Source: Dimorphilus gyrociliatus (lineage: Eukaryota; Animalia; Annelida). From it: 64,000 nt of DNA. The notes beneath the pieces are model-generated. The model saw nothing but the letters and a program-made list of their open reading frames with translations, was not told the DNA's origin and made no database searches. Made by a program: the position numbers and the translations under genes. Every line of letters starts with the position of its first letter. Position 1 is the first letter of the stretch. Shown in pieces: positions 1 to 12,412 of this stretch. The DNA is taken from positions 2,590,504 through 2,654,503 of the forward strand of contig CAJFCJ010000003.1 of the NCBI GenBank assembly GCA_904063045.1. Reading direction: 5' to 3'.

Positions 1-412
1 GTTGCTTTATTCAACAAAAAAAGTATCAGGGTAGTTGTTTTTGGTATATTCTATATAAGAAAGTAGTTGCTTAAATGCTTAAATGAACATAATATAAATA
101 TATATAAATACTGTATATATTATAAAATATCTATAACTATAAATTATATATATCATTAACTTTTTTATATATAGCTGTTTTATTAAATTGGCAAATAGAG
201 GGTGAATAGTCAATAATTGATCTTTTTTTTTTGTTCATTATATGGCATCAGTAATGAATAAGAAAAGATATTCAATTGACTATCTATCGTATTTAGATAT
301 ATTTTATTATATAATATCGATATATAGATAGGAGGAATTTGGAAATATAGTTTTTTTATTCGATTTTCAGATTGCCTAGGAATACTAGTATAGGCTGTAA
401 TTAAGTACCTAA

Positions 413-532
413 CCAATCAAAGTTAAAAATATCACGTGACTTATCTACTCAACCGCTTTCAAGTCCAGGACGTAGCTTAAACAACAAATTGTCAAGCCAG
501 TTATTGAAACCTGAAAAAAAAAATCAGTAAGT
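413..532 (+). promoter_or_regulatory. Promoter and non-coding first exon of gene 1
   Basis: CCAAT at 413-417, E-box TCACGTGA at 432-439 and GTAAGT donor at 527. The matching acceptor (ttttag) ends at 1100, just before the ATG at 1103. Confidence 0.55.
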
Positions 533-1102
533 ATTATATAAATTTTTTGTAACATAACAAAAATTATTTTTTGATAATATAACAAAACTACTGTAAATTA
601 TAAAGAACTTTCAATTATAATTAAGTATTATATATATACTGTATATATATAAACATGTATACTATATAGAGAAATATCAGTGAAATTTATATTGTAACAT
701 TGATAATTTTATATAATTGTTTTTCTCCTTCGGATTGAATTTGAATAAAAATTAAAAAGAGGAAAATTAAAATATAAATCTTTAATTGTTCGTTTAAATC
801 GAAATGAATTCTTTTTATGTTATTATTGTAGATTCGATTATAAAAGAAGAGAAGAGAGATATAAGATATGTGTTTAGTATATATTAAATATACATTTACA
901 ACTTGATTTAAATATATACAGATTGTATATATATTTAACAAGTAAAAACTTCATAGAAATACAATTAGGTATTTATTACTAAAATATGAAATATACATAT
1001 ATAAAGTATATATATATACACTGTATTTATAGATATTATGATGTAGATAAAATTGGTTTTAATTAATCTCACCTCTTTTTTATATTCTTGCTAATTTTAG
1101 AA

Positions 1103-2278
1103 ATGTACACACCGCAAAATAGAAAAGTTACTGATGATTTGTTTGGCTTGTCGACTACCCTAGATGTGACTACACCACCAAGTCTTTTACCAGACCAGAA
1201 TTTTTTGGGTGCACCTGGAGATTGGAATTATCCGAGCGATTTAACTCTTATTCCGTTTGGTGAATCTCCACCAAATTCTTTAATTGATTCTAATAATTGT
1301 GCTAGTTTATTGCCGTGTTTAACCGAATTGGAAAATGTAAAAACGGAAATTGAAATCGATACTCCCGAAGGATCTCCTTCGCCTGAAGTATCCACACCTA
1401 TTACAATAAATACTAAAATGTCTAATTATACGTGGCACAGTACTAGATCCTTTACTTCTACCGAAAGTCAGGTTGTAGTTGTTCCATCTGATGCGAGAAA
1501 AAGAAAAACGTCATTTCATTATGTTCAATTTCAAGGTTAAACACTTTTTTAATGGTTTAAGCACACTTGAAAGTACTAATGTTCAATTAACTCTTCAGGT
1601 TATAATAAAAAATCAGCGAAAAAAAGTCGAGAAATGACACCTCTATCTTCTCTTCTAACCGACTTTAATACTGATTCAAGCAAGCTTAACTTGAACACTT
1701 CAGCAAAAAAGATTAGCTTTACTTCAAAAGGAAACTTCGACTATCCATATCATTTAATAAATGGATCGCATAGAAAACGTAAATCAAAGAATTATGATGA
1801 TTCTAAAAAAGTAAGTTAGTCGATTAATTCATCTAGCTATTTTCGTTGCTTTGTACATTCGGTATGCTGAGTTATTAAATCTTCAAAAGGGTGCTGGGTC
1901 GTCCTCGTCTGCTTCTTCTACTTCGTCGTCATCATCCAGGAGTGCTATGAAAGGATCTTCACCAAATAGGGATACCTACCAAAGCCAAAGGTTGTTTGCC
2001 TGTAAATTCTTCTGCTTTAAATACTTAATTATCATAACTTGAATTTCAGGTTCAATCCTTACGATATAATTAAGACGAAGCAGCCAACTACTCCGTGTTC
2101 ATCGCCGACTTCTCCGTCTCATAACTCTAATAGCGAAGTTAATAGTCCAACAACAATCCCCTGCCAATTGATTTCTACACAACCGATACAAATCGATGTA
2201 CAAAATGAAAGTCAGCAATATACAATCTCCTTTCCAGTTTCTAATTATCCTGGTTACCCTTGTACAACTTGGACTTGA
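1103..2278 (+). CDS. Uncharacterised Ser/Thr/Pro-rich, probably disordered nuclear protein (~324 aa, 4 coding exons)
   Basis: Exons 1103-1535, 1599-1810, 1890-1990 and 2050-2278 join in frame via GT-AG introns of 63, 79 and 59 nt. The protein has two RKRK motifs, a VKTE SUMO-type site and RFNPY. No family recognised. Confidence 0.7.
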
Positions 2279-2937
2279 ATGGTTTAACTATTAAACTAAC
2301 TTTCTACAAAAACAGAAATGCTCACTTTTAAGTGTAACGAAAAACTTAAAAATGTGTCCATAAGGTTTTGTGCTTAATCGGTAAATTTTTTTTGTATATA
2401 AAAACTGAAAAAAAAACCGAAAAAAATACTTTTGTTGTGCTTTCTTACATATATCTTTATATATATGTTTATATATATTTATATATTTAAAACAAGTATA
2501 ATTTTTCTAATGCCATGATAACTGTGTTTTTGAAAATGTTCATTTCTATTGCATTGAATATTTGTCCTTTTTTTTCTCTTTTCTGTCTTTTTTACAGCTG
2601 GACTGTATTTTAATGTTATTATTATCTTTTATACAATTTATATCGTAGGCATATTTGGGTATAGGGAAATTAATCATATTAATTAAATTTCAAATGAAAC
2701 AGTGATATTCATAAACTTTACCTTGATACCTCTTATCAAGTTTACTTGACATTAACTTGTTTTGGATTTATACTAATTTAAAATATGTTATAAATATCTG
2801 TGATAAAGAGTTTCAAATTCTTTAGTAGATCTAGTTTTATCATGATAAAAACTTTCTACAAATCTGCTGACATTAACTGGTGCATTGATGAATATTTCGG
2901 TAAAATTGTTTTCGAAGAATTCTTTAAATTCGCCGGC

Positions 2938-3660
2938 ATGAGTTTGACAAGGTCGATATCATATTTTGGGAGTATACTGTCAAAATGTAACGTCTTTCGG
3001 TCGTTTTCATCTTGTTCTTCGCAATTAAGTTCATACGATCCTTATCCCGAATATGAAGTTGCTTCACCCTATAAACCGAGATTGAAATGGCGTTATGGAT
3101 ATAAGCCAAACTACTTCACCGGAGGTTTTGTTCTTAATAGTATTTTTTTAAAAACATAGTTATAATTTTGTAATATGAACAAAACAGGTTTACTGCCTAG
3201 AGTAAAGGAAGGTGAATACAAAGATAAACCCCTTCCATTGCCCAAAGATGAACCATGGAAAAGAGAGCAATGGACAAAAGAAAAGGCCAATTTTGGACAA
3301 AACGATTATATAGGTTAATTAACTACGTCCCATTAAGTGGTAAAGTTTAAAGGTTTTACTATTTTAAATTTAATAGATATTCTTGGAGATGGTGACGTTA
3401 AACCTTGGGAATTGTCTACCGCCCCTGTATGGCTGAGAGGACATAAAGAGACTCATGAAATAACTAGATTATACGAAAGATTACGTCACGAAGGCAAATG
3501 GCTACAAGAAACTCAGCCTGAAAAGTATCACCGATTAAGAAAACATATTTGGTACTTATATAAACGAATAAATAATAAGAGACTGAGAAGAAATTATTGG
3601 GGTCATAAGTTTGCAAGAAGTAGATTTATTGTTAAGGAAAAACCATGGGATGAAGACTAA
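2938..3660 (+). CDS. MRPL51: 39S mitochondrial ribosomal protein L51
   Basis: Exons 2938-3124, 3188-3313 and 3377-3660. Motifs YFTGGLLPR, FGQNDYIDILG, PVWLRG and IWYLYKRIN. Confidence 0.9.
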
Positions 3661-4092
3661 TGTTCAATTCAAGTTTTGTAAAGAAAACGTGCATTCTAGA
3701 AGAAACTTTCAAAAAATATGTTACTTATTAAATTGAATTCAATTTTATTGAATATAAAACTGCATACATAATAAAAAACAATTACATAACTCTAACTTAA
3801 ATATAGCTCAATGTACTCTATAAGAATATTAATGTAATTACTGAAGTTTAGATACTTCATAGTAAAAAGAACATCAAACTTTTACATAATACTATACATT
3901 CTTTATCAACACTAGTGACATCTGGTTAGCTAGCTTTAAAAATACTGGAGACAGGGATATCTGTAAAAGTTTTAATTATTTCTTTTAAAAAATCTGAAAA
4001 ATAAAGAAATATTGTAAAAAATTATAATACATATATTTAATCAAAATTCCTTAAGTTAGAGTATAATTGATATAATATCCCTATCGCTTTTC

Positions 4093-6028
4093 ATGTCTTG
4101 CAAAATGGCGGCCATCAGAAGAACCTTGACAAAATTTCAAACTTTAAATAATTATCGTGTTACAACAGAATTTAGCACTTTTGCTCTACAATATAAGGGA
4201 CTTCCTAGAATTAAAAGTACTCAGTCAGTAAATAATGCAAATCATATAACAACAAACCAACTATTCAACCGTAAGTGACCATCAATTTACACACGTGATT
4301 TTTGCAATCTGAAATCTCTTGCTCTTTTTTTCCTTAGATCGTCAATTTCAAACATCTTCCGTATTAAGTAAAAGAGATTACTATGAAGTATTAGGAGTTC
4401 CAAAAAGTTCAGCCTCAAAAGACATAAAAAAAGCCTACTATAAGGTTTAGTTCAAAATATATACCGGTTAATCATTCTAGTCTTTAATATTATTTACAGC
4501 TGGCAAAAAAATTTCACCCTGACATGAATAAAAATGATCCTGAGGCTGCAAAGAAATTTCAAGAAGTATCAGAAGCCTATGAAGTCTTAAGTGATGATTC
4601 TAAACGCCAGCAATATGATACTTTCGGAATGGGTGATGGTCAACAAGGCTATGGCAGCCCTGGAGCAGGTTTTCACCAAGGAAGAGCTGGATTTCAAAAC
4701 TTTCATGGATCTATTGATCCGGAAGAGTTATTTAAGAATATGTTTGGAAATGCAGGTTTCAGAATGGGTGGTTTCGATAATAACGATTTTGCAGAAAGTA
4801 ATTTTGGATTTGCTGCAGCGTCGGAGGTAGGCAATAACAACTTTCAGGATAATTAAATTATATTAAAGATTCTTTTGAAATAGGTTTCCATGAATTTAAC
4901 TTTTCAACAAGCTGCCCGTGGCGTAAATAAAGAAATAGAACTTAATGTTACAGATAATTGTCCTAGATGTGGAGGAAGAAAAGCTGAACCAGGCTCCAAA
5001 ACAGTAAAATGTCATCATTGCAATGGTATGTATTCTTAAATGATTAAATTATGTTCTAATATTCCATCAGAAGTAATTAACATCTATATACTGTGAATAT
5101 ATTTATAGGTACGGGAATGGAAACATTTAATACAGGACCGTTTATGATGCGTTCTACCTGTCGACACTGCAGAGGTGCAAGGACTATACTAGAAAAGCCT
5201 TGTTTCGAATGCTCTGGTAAAGGAAAAACTGTACAAAAAAAACGAATTGTTGTTCCTGTTCCCGCTGGTGTTCAAGATGGTCAGACAGTCAGAATGACTG
5301 TTGGAACCAAAGAAGTTTTTATAACATTTAGGGTTGAAAAGAGTAAAATCTTTAAAAGAGATGGTGCAGATGTTCACGCAGACGTTTCAATATCACTTTC
5401 TCAAGCTATTCTGGGAGGTAACATTAGAATCGCTGGTATATATGATGATATATTGTTGGAAATTCCACCTGGTACATCTTCCCATACAAGAATTCGTTTA
5501 CAAGGTAAAGGAATTGCAAGAGCAAATAGTTACGGTTATGGAGACTATTACGTCCACATTAAAATCAATATTCCTAAGTATGAAAAAAAATTCAATTGTA
5601 TAATATCATTTTAAATCATTTCTATTACTTTAGGAAACTAACGAAAGAGGAAACGGCACTTGTAAAAGCATTTGCCGAGATGGAGACGAATATTAAAGGA
5701 ACTGTAAATGGTATTACATCAACAAAAGAAGGTTAGTAGATTTTAATACGCTAATTACTATATTATATGGAATAGAAATAAGTTATTAGGCTAGTAAGAC
5801 GTATATTAATAATATAAAACCTACCCTACCGCCATTTCTCAGAAAGATTTTAATATTGTTCATAAAACCACATCAATGTATATAAGTTTGTTTATCTAGC
5901 CTGCTTTTACTTTTGCAGGCACAAAGGATAATGGCGGTGGAGGTGAAAGTCCTGTAAAAGGACAAAGCATGGATTCTGATGAAAATGAGGGTATACTAAA
6001 AAAAATTAAGAGAGCCATATTTGGTTAA
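4093..6028 (+). CDS. DNAJA3: Mitochondrial DnaJ co-chaperone Tid1 (J domain, CxxCxGxG zinc finger, C-terminal domain)
   Basis: Exons 4093-4270, 4338-4444, 4500-4826, 4884-5025, 5109-5577, 5634-5731 and 5919-6028, with an alternative last exon at 6099-6217. Basic presequence, [11 protein letters not shown] motif, four Cys repeats and C-terminal [13 protein letters not shown]. The start may be 4105. Confidence 0.95.
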
Positions 6029-6456
6029 TAGGTAGATACTGACTAATAATTTTCTATGCTAAACTTTCACTTGTAAATTAAATTTTATTGTTTTTCAGGT
6101 TCTAAAGTTATGAATGATGAAGATAATACTGTTAGTAGGATACGTAAAGCCATTTCTCACGAGGAAGATCAGATTAGTGATGAAAATAACGACGAGCAGG
6201 CTCGAGAAAAACAGTAATTGATTCAATTTGAAAAAAACCGGTTTTTCTAAAATATAAAATGTATATATAAAAATTTTTTTGTCATTATCCAATTAATTTT
6301 GAATACCATTAAGCAACAAGTTATGAATGAGGCAGTATAAAGCAATATAAATTTAGAAGTTATCTAATATTTTCAACATTTTTGGTCGTGTTTGGATTCC
6401 TTAGACAAATTACTAGTAATTCGATATTTAATATCTTAATCACTACTCTTTAAGTC

Positions 6457-8375
6457 TTACAATAACCTTTTAACGCTGTAATTGTAAGCAGCATCTACGT
6501 GTTTGTTATCTAAAAAGTTTGTTTTATGCGATTTTCCTGCCTGGCCAACTTCTCTGACCGCCGTAACCGCCATATAGACGCCCAGTCTTGAAAATTGTCG
6601 TCTTGTTTTTTCTCTCTCGATAATTGTCTTAGGATCTTTAATATTTTCATCTACAAGTTTATCTAATTCTCTCTTTCTTTGCCGTTTTGAAATGGCTAGT
6701 GCAACTTTAAGAGATGACTTTTGTGTAAATACTCCAGGTGGCGCTTCGGCCATCAGATCTCTTTTCCATTGGGGTATTCTAGCACCTTCGATTTCCGTAA
6801 CGCTTTCACTATCTTCATTATCATATTCTGATTCGTCGTCGTCCACAAAATGAACACTCTTTTGTACGTTTCCAGACGACAAGGGGCGAATAATTGACTT
6901 TGTTCTTTCGAACACCATTCGGTTGCCTTTACTTGGAGCAACAGATGATAAAGGTCGCTGAATAGACTTAATTGGTTTTTCTTGAGATTCTTCTAATTTA
7001 ACGCTATTTTTAGATGATAAGATTGGAGAAGTAGGAGTTCTTATCACTTTTTCATCAATCTCTGTTAGCTTTCCGGTACAATAGACCTTGTTTCTAACAG
7101 CTGTTGATGATAAAGGTCGTCTTATCGGTTGTGCTTTCTCCCTAACAACTCCAGCACTGGTGCAGCGTCGTAGTCTATTAACAGCTTTATTTTGATGATC
7201 TTTCTCTGCTAAAACCTTTTCAACGTCTTCCTCGTTCTCACCCAAAGCAAGTAACAAAGATTTAAGATTCCCGATGGCCTCTTCCTCTGATTTTAGCTCA
7301 TTTTCCTCCTCTTTTAAAAGAAGTTGCTTTTGCAAATGTCTTTCGGTTATTCTCCATTTTCTGAGTCTTTTTTCAGAGAGAGTATATATAGATTTAAAAT
7401 AATCGCAATTTTTAACGCTCCTATCACTCTGTCCTCTCAGTGGCAATCCTTCAGAGCTAATTCCAGAAGTTTTTAAAGTTGTTTTCAAAGCTTTTACAAT
7501 TTGCCTTTTATCTTTTTCAATATCAAATACCACTCTGTCTTTTTGTTTGTCCAATAATTTTCTATGTAGTTGCCATCTAGCCGCGATTATTCGATTCTTT
7601 AAATCGGCCTATTGATAATTAATAATAAAATATCAAATTTTTAACTAAATGACAAGATCAAACTATCCTACAAAAAATTTTTAGTTCTTAAATGACTATA
7701 GTTGAAAAACAATCTTTTGAGTAATCATTAGCAAATATTTACTTATTAGAGTACTTTAAATGTATTTTTAGTTTGAATAAGTTTACATAGACTAAAATTT
7801 TAAGCTTCTCTCCCACGTTAAAGAAAGAAAGAAAGAAGGAAGGAAGGGAAAATTTATTTTTTTTTTAAAAAAAAAGAATTTTCGTTTTTTTAAATTAAAA
7901 AAACTTATAAAACAATGCTACAGCATTTGAAAAAGAATTATCTATCGGCATTTAACAAAGGAAAATTTATATTGCTTTTTCAATAAGTTTTTTAATATTT
8001 ATCAAGCTCTAAAGTTGTCATAAAAGGCTTTATTTTTCAAATATCTAAAAATAGAGTAAAAAATTGAATTATATCTAGTTAAACTCTTTTTATTCTTTAA
8101 ATTTATAAAAGTAATAAATAAGGTAAATTTTCTTAAATAAAGGGAAAAAATCGTTAAGAGAATAAACAAGATATTAGAAGAGAAGAGAATGAAAGAAAAA
8201 GTTAATTAAACAAGTTTCAGAGATTAGATATTTAACTAGTAGTTAGAGTTTATTAAAAAACTGAAATATTTGCAAATGTATACGTGGTATATACTTTATT
8301 TACCTTTATGCAGTTATCTATCGGTTTCCTATGCGCCAGCTTCCTCTTGGAACTATTCACATCTTGAAAATTCAT
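6457..8375 (-). CDS. Uncharacterised basic/coiled-coil protein (~407 aa, 2 coding exons)
   Basis: The long ORF 6457-7554 extends to an AG acceptor (exon starts at 7608). A phase-0 upstream exon 8375-8304 (MNFQDVNSSKRKLAHRKPIDNCIK) ends at a GT donor. No family recognised. Confidence 0.7.
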
Positions 8376-8819
8376 GATCAGATGGCTAACTATTGACAAA
8401 CGGCTCTTGTTAAGGATTGACGTATTGTGTAATATTTCAGACGTTAACGACGCCTATCGCCCATTACAAATAGACCAAGCGTGATAAGCCGAATAGATAA
8501 TGATCTTTATAGTTGTCGGCTTTTTTGTTTGCGCATCGAAATCGATGTTGTCGTCAATCACTTTTGCTCCTCTTTCTCCCGCTATCGACCTTAGTAAAAT
8601 GCTTAAAAATAAAAAAAAGTTTGCTCAATAATCCCTCTAGATTATAGGCTTTTCAATTATGTATACATATCCTCTAAAGATATTTCGATTAATTCGCAAG
8701 AAATGTTTATATTGAAAATACACATTTTAATATTATTTCTGTGTTCTATATACTTTATATTTTTAAAGTAAAATATTAATTTATTGATATATTCATAGAA
8801 AATCTTTATCTTCATCAAA

Positions 8820-10630
8820 TTATATCTTCAAAGTTTGTTTTCCATATAGAAAAAAGTGTTGAACGAAGAAGATTACATTAAATAAAATTGATATTAAACC
8901 AAGACATAGTTTGCCTGGATTTCCAATTGTTGTTTGCCAATCGTCTGCCAAAGAAAATAGTATTAATCTATTTGTTAAATTATTTTATGATAATGACTAT
9001 TAGTTCGCCTATCCTTAGCTATTATACTTATAGAGATTTCAGCTAATTTACTTTCTACTAATACAATAAGATCTCGGATTATCAAACAACTACATCTGAC
9101 TAGCTAATATCCTTATTAGATAGATATATACAATATATGTAAATATGAATTTTCAGGTTTTATATCCTGACGATCAATTATCTTCATAAAATATTAATAA
9201 AATGTCTTAATAGTACACTTTATAAATAAATTAACATATATTTACATTGTCTGTTTCTACTAACCGTTATTAAAAGCATCTATTATCATCTGAAGAAAAC
9301 TCAATAATCCACCACCTCCGTCTAAAAGAACACTTTGAATTGCATATCCCGACGTACTCTTTCTTTGATAGTTGAGCAATACCTGTAAGAGTATATTCTT
9401 TATATAAATAATCGTATATACTGTTTTATTAATATTTTAGGTATCAATTGGTGTTTGTTTTACCTGAGGGAAATACTTAATTGGCGTTATAATAACTTTA
9501 ACTAATGAACAGAAATATATTAAAGTTAGCCAAGTAATTTTTTCTATTAACGCAAAATAGCAGAGTCCAATGAAACAAGAAAATATTATTGCTAAAATAC
9601 CAAATGAAAACTTGGATAGTTCCTGATCCTTTTTCTCATAAAACAAACATTGATAAACAATAATCGACGTCATAATAACGGCGTGGAAAGAGAAATAGAC
9701 ATCATTCAATTTAACTGGAATGGCTGTTTTTGGATGATCGTGTAGGTAGCTTAACTGTATAATTGTAATTAAAAGGTTATTAAATATTATAGTTTTTTAT
9801 ATGAAATATAGAAATATTACCTGTATGAAAGAGTTTTTAAAAAAGGCTACATTGAAAGTTAAATAGGAGATATGACCAACAAAATTGAGAATAACATAGT
9901 CAATACTTAAGCCAACAACGCTTTTTTTTCGAAAATTCTTTATAATTTGTGGATAATACGTAAAACTCCATGCTAAAAAATATGACCAACCAATAAATAA
10001 GGACAAATAACCTAATAGTATCTTATGAACAACTGCTATATGTATTTGAATTTTATATAGATTCTTTATTTCTTTAGAGCTTGATTCAAACGTCATTAGG
10101 CAGTGGCCACTAATATTTTTTGTTTTTAATGGAAGTAGTATTTTTTGAGATTGAATAGGCTTAATAGTGAATGAAGATACCGTATCAATTAAATTATTAT
10201 TATCAAATGTAACTTTTATATCTGTTTTCTTTGTAACAATTTTATCTCTGAAAGTAGAAAAACAAAAATTTTATTTATAGTTACAATTGGTTAATTAACG
10301 TTATATTACTTTGTCTTAATTGTTATCAAAGACTTACTGCCCAGCTCTATTATCAACTTTTCGTTGGATATTTCAAACGGAACTAATGACAAAGAACAAT
10401 TAAACTTGGATGTTTCTAATGATCCATACTCTAAAATACAAACCTGATATTTCACTTGCATTTTTACCAAGTATAGTATGCTCTTTAATGTGATTAATCC
10501 AGTATTTGTGTGAGAAAACGACTGCTATTAGACATAAGCTAAAAACAAGGCTAATCAGAATAATTAGAGCTTTACGAGAAACATCTTTTTTATCAAGAAA
10601 CGATACTCTTGTTATGGTCTTCAATCCCAT
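8820..10630 (-). CDS. CTNS: Cystinosin-family PQ-loop transporter (divergent)
   Basis: Exons approx. 10630-10444, 10382-10338, ~10247-9821, 9754-9464, 9382-9265 and 8944-8820. Motifs GWSYFLAWSFTYYPQ, KSVVGLSIDY, NDVYFSFHA, KYFPQ, KSTSGYAIQSVLLDGGGG and GNPGKLCLG...VQHFFLY. The exon 2/3 junction has a phase ambiguity. Confidence 0.9.
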
Positions 10631-10906
10631 AAGTTCTCTCGTAAGCTCTACTTGATATTATTATCTAATATAATTTATTTTATTTTAAATGATGCGCTAT
10701 ATATCTTTTTTCCAAACTAATCATATTATCAGCTGTCTGCTTCAACGTAACCGGAAGTTTATGAAACGTGTTGTCCTGGACTCCCGTTCCTCGGAGAAGC
10801 ATTCGATTTATAAATAAAGAAATGACTGAAATAATGATCTCTACCAGTCTTTATTGAATACTCCGCCATTTTGCGCGGAATACAGAATCAAAACCGAAAT
10901 TAAGCA
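10631..10906. promoter_or_regulatory. Bidirectional promoter CTNS/DTD1
   Basis: 276 nt between divergent start codons, containing ETS-type CCGGAAGT (10751-10758) and YY1-type CCGCCATTTT (10863-10872). Confidence 0.6.
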
Positions 10907-11434
10907 ATGAAAGCTCTAATCCAGCGCGTATTAAACGCTAAAGTTACAGTAAATGGCGATGTGGTAAGCGAAATAGGTAAGGGTCTTTGTGTCCTCGTTG
11001 GAATATCTCGTGACGATAACAAAAAGGATATGGAGTTTATTGTTAGGAAGATTCTTAATCTTCGTGTGTTTGATGATGAAAATGGAAAAAGATGGGCTAA
11101 AAGCGCAAAAGATTTGAATCTCGAAATATTATGCGTTAGTCAATTTACCCTGTATCACGTACTCAAGGGAAATAAACCAGACTTTCATAATGCAATGACT
11201 GCGGAACAATCCGAAAAATTTTACAATGAATTTCTTGATGAAATGAAGAAAAATTACAAACCAGAAGCAATTAAAAATGGTCTATTTGGTGCGGATATGC
11301 AAGTACATATACAAAATGATGGTCCAGTTACAATTGATGTCGTTAGTCCTCCCAAGAAGCCTGCAAGAAGCCAAGTAGAAGGTGCTAGCTCATCTAAAAG
11401 AGACGACGTATCCTCAACGTCCGAAATGACCTAG
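10907..11434 (+). CDS. DTD1: D-aminoacyl-tRNA deacylase 1 (single coding exon)
   Basis: MKALIQRV start with SQFTL and NDGPVT signature motifs; 175-aa uninterrupted ORF. Confidence 0.97.
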   Translation: MKALIQRVLNAKVTVNGDVVSEIGKGLCVLVGISRDDNKKDMEFIVRKILNLRVFDDENGKRWAKSAKDLNLEILCVSQFTLYHVLKGNKPDFHNAMTAEQSEKFYNEFLDEMKKNYKPEAIKNGLFGADMQVHIQNDGPVTIDVVSPPKKPARSQVEGASSSKRDDVSSTSEMT

Positions 11435-11710
11435 AATAAAGTTAAGAAACAAATCAAACTAAAACTTTATTATCTTTGTCAATAAGTTTCGACGCTTCTT
11501 TGTCATCATCTTTTATTGCCAACTAACTAACATAAGAAACATATAAAAAGGAAATTATTAAAAACAAAAATTAACTAATTTTCAATGTGTATTTTGTTTA
11601 CTAAATAGTTTAACTTAAACATTCCAACAAGAAAATAACGTCTTTATTTATTTAACACAAAGAAAAATAAAAACAATAAACTTAAAAGTTTTGCTCTAAT
11701 TCAAACTTCG

Positions 11711-11791
11711 CGCCATTTGTACTCACTATATGATCCTTGTCACGTGACTTACTCCATATTGAAAACAAGGTCGTTCGGCTGCAAGGTAAAA
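11711..11791 (+). promoter_or_regulatory. Promoter and 5' UTR exon of NDUFS5
   Basis: CGCCATTT at 11711, palindromic GTCACGTGAC at 11739-11748 and donor AAG|GTAAAA at ~11786. The acceptor cag ends at 12000, just before the ATG at 12005. Confidence 0.55.
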
Positions 11792-12004
11792 ACCGTAAAA
11801 CAATTGTAATAAAAAGCTATTTAATAATTAGACCCAATTGACTAATACATATAAATTATTAAATCTTCATTGGAATCAATTAAGTGCATTTTAGATTTTA
11901 AGTTTATTTGATTTAAACTAAAATATATTTCTCCTTATATTAGTATTCAATGAACAACACACTCGTTTTTTGTTTTAATTACAAAATGTGACGCTTTCAG
12001 GAAA

Positions 12005-12412
12005 ATGTTCAAGCCAGCCAGAAACTTATCGCCTAATGAATACGACGAGTTATCTGGACTTCAAGCGGGAGACCGAGGACCGTTCATTTATACTCCTCTT
12101 ACAAAAATAGTTGAGCACTGGTTCACTTATCAGTTTGGTCCTTGTGCCGATTTAGAATTGGATTATTATAGATGCGCATCGAGAGTTGGTGAAAAACAAG
12201 TTGACACAAAATGTAGAAAAATGTTTGAGGATTTAAGAGAATGTGTCTTCAGAACGAAAACCATAGAAAGATACTATGCAATTCAAAATGAAAGGAAGAA
12301 ACAAGGATTGAAACCTATGGACCCGCCTCCAAAAGATGCTGTATACTTCAATATTGGAATTGGGGCTGAATATCCCTTGCACGCTAAATATAAGGAATTT
12401 GAAACTGAATAG
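12005..12412 (+). CDS. NDUFS5: NADH dehydrogenase (complex I) 15 kDa subunit, twin CX9C protein
   Basis: CADLELDYYRC...CRKMFEDLRECVFRTKTIER matches the NDUFS5 twin CX9C pattern. Confidence 0.85.
   Translation: MFKPARNLSPNEYDELSGLQAGDRGPFIYTPLTKIVEHWFTYQFGPCADLELDYYRCASRVGEKQVDTKCRKMFEDLRECVFRTKTIERYYAIQNERKKQGLKPMDPPPKDAVYFNIGIGAEYPLHAKYKEFETE

Noticed and set aside
1599-1633. YNKKSAKKSRE in gene 1 resembles a bZIP basic region
   Set aside because: No heptad leucine zipper follows, and the invariant Asn/Arg spacing is not convincing.
2800-2937. In-frame N-terminal extension of MRPL51
   Set aside because: The ATG at 2938 begins a typical mitochondrial presequence; the upstream stretch looks like open UTR.
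9174-9181. Apparent degenerate last exon of cystinosin (D-N-TGA-S-S), suggesting a pseudogene or TGA=Trp recoding
   Set aside because: An intact last exon with the full TM7 exists at 8944-8820, and other genes here use TGA as a normal stop.
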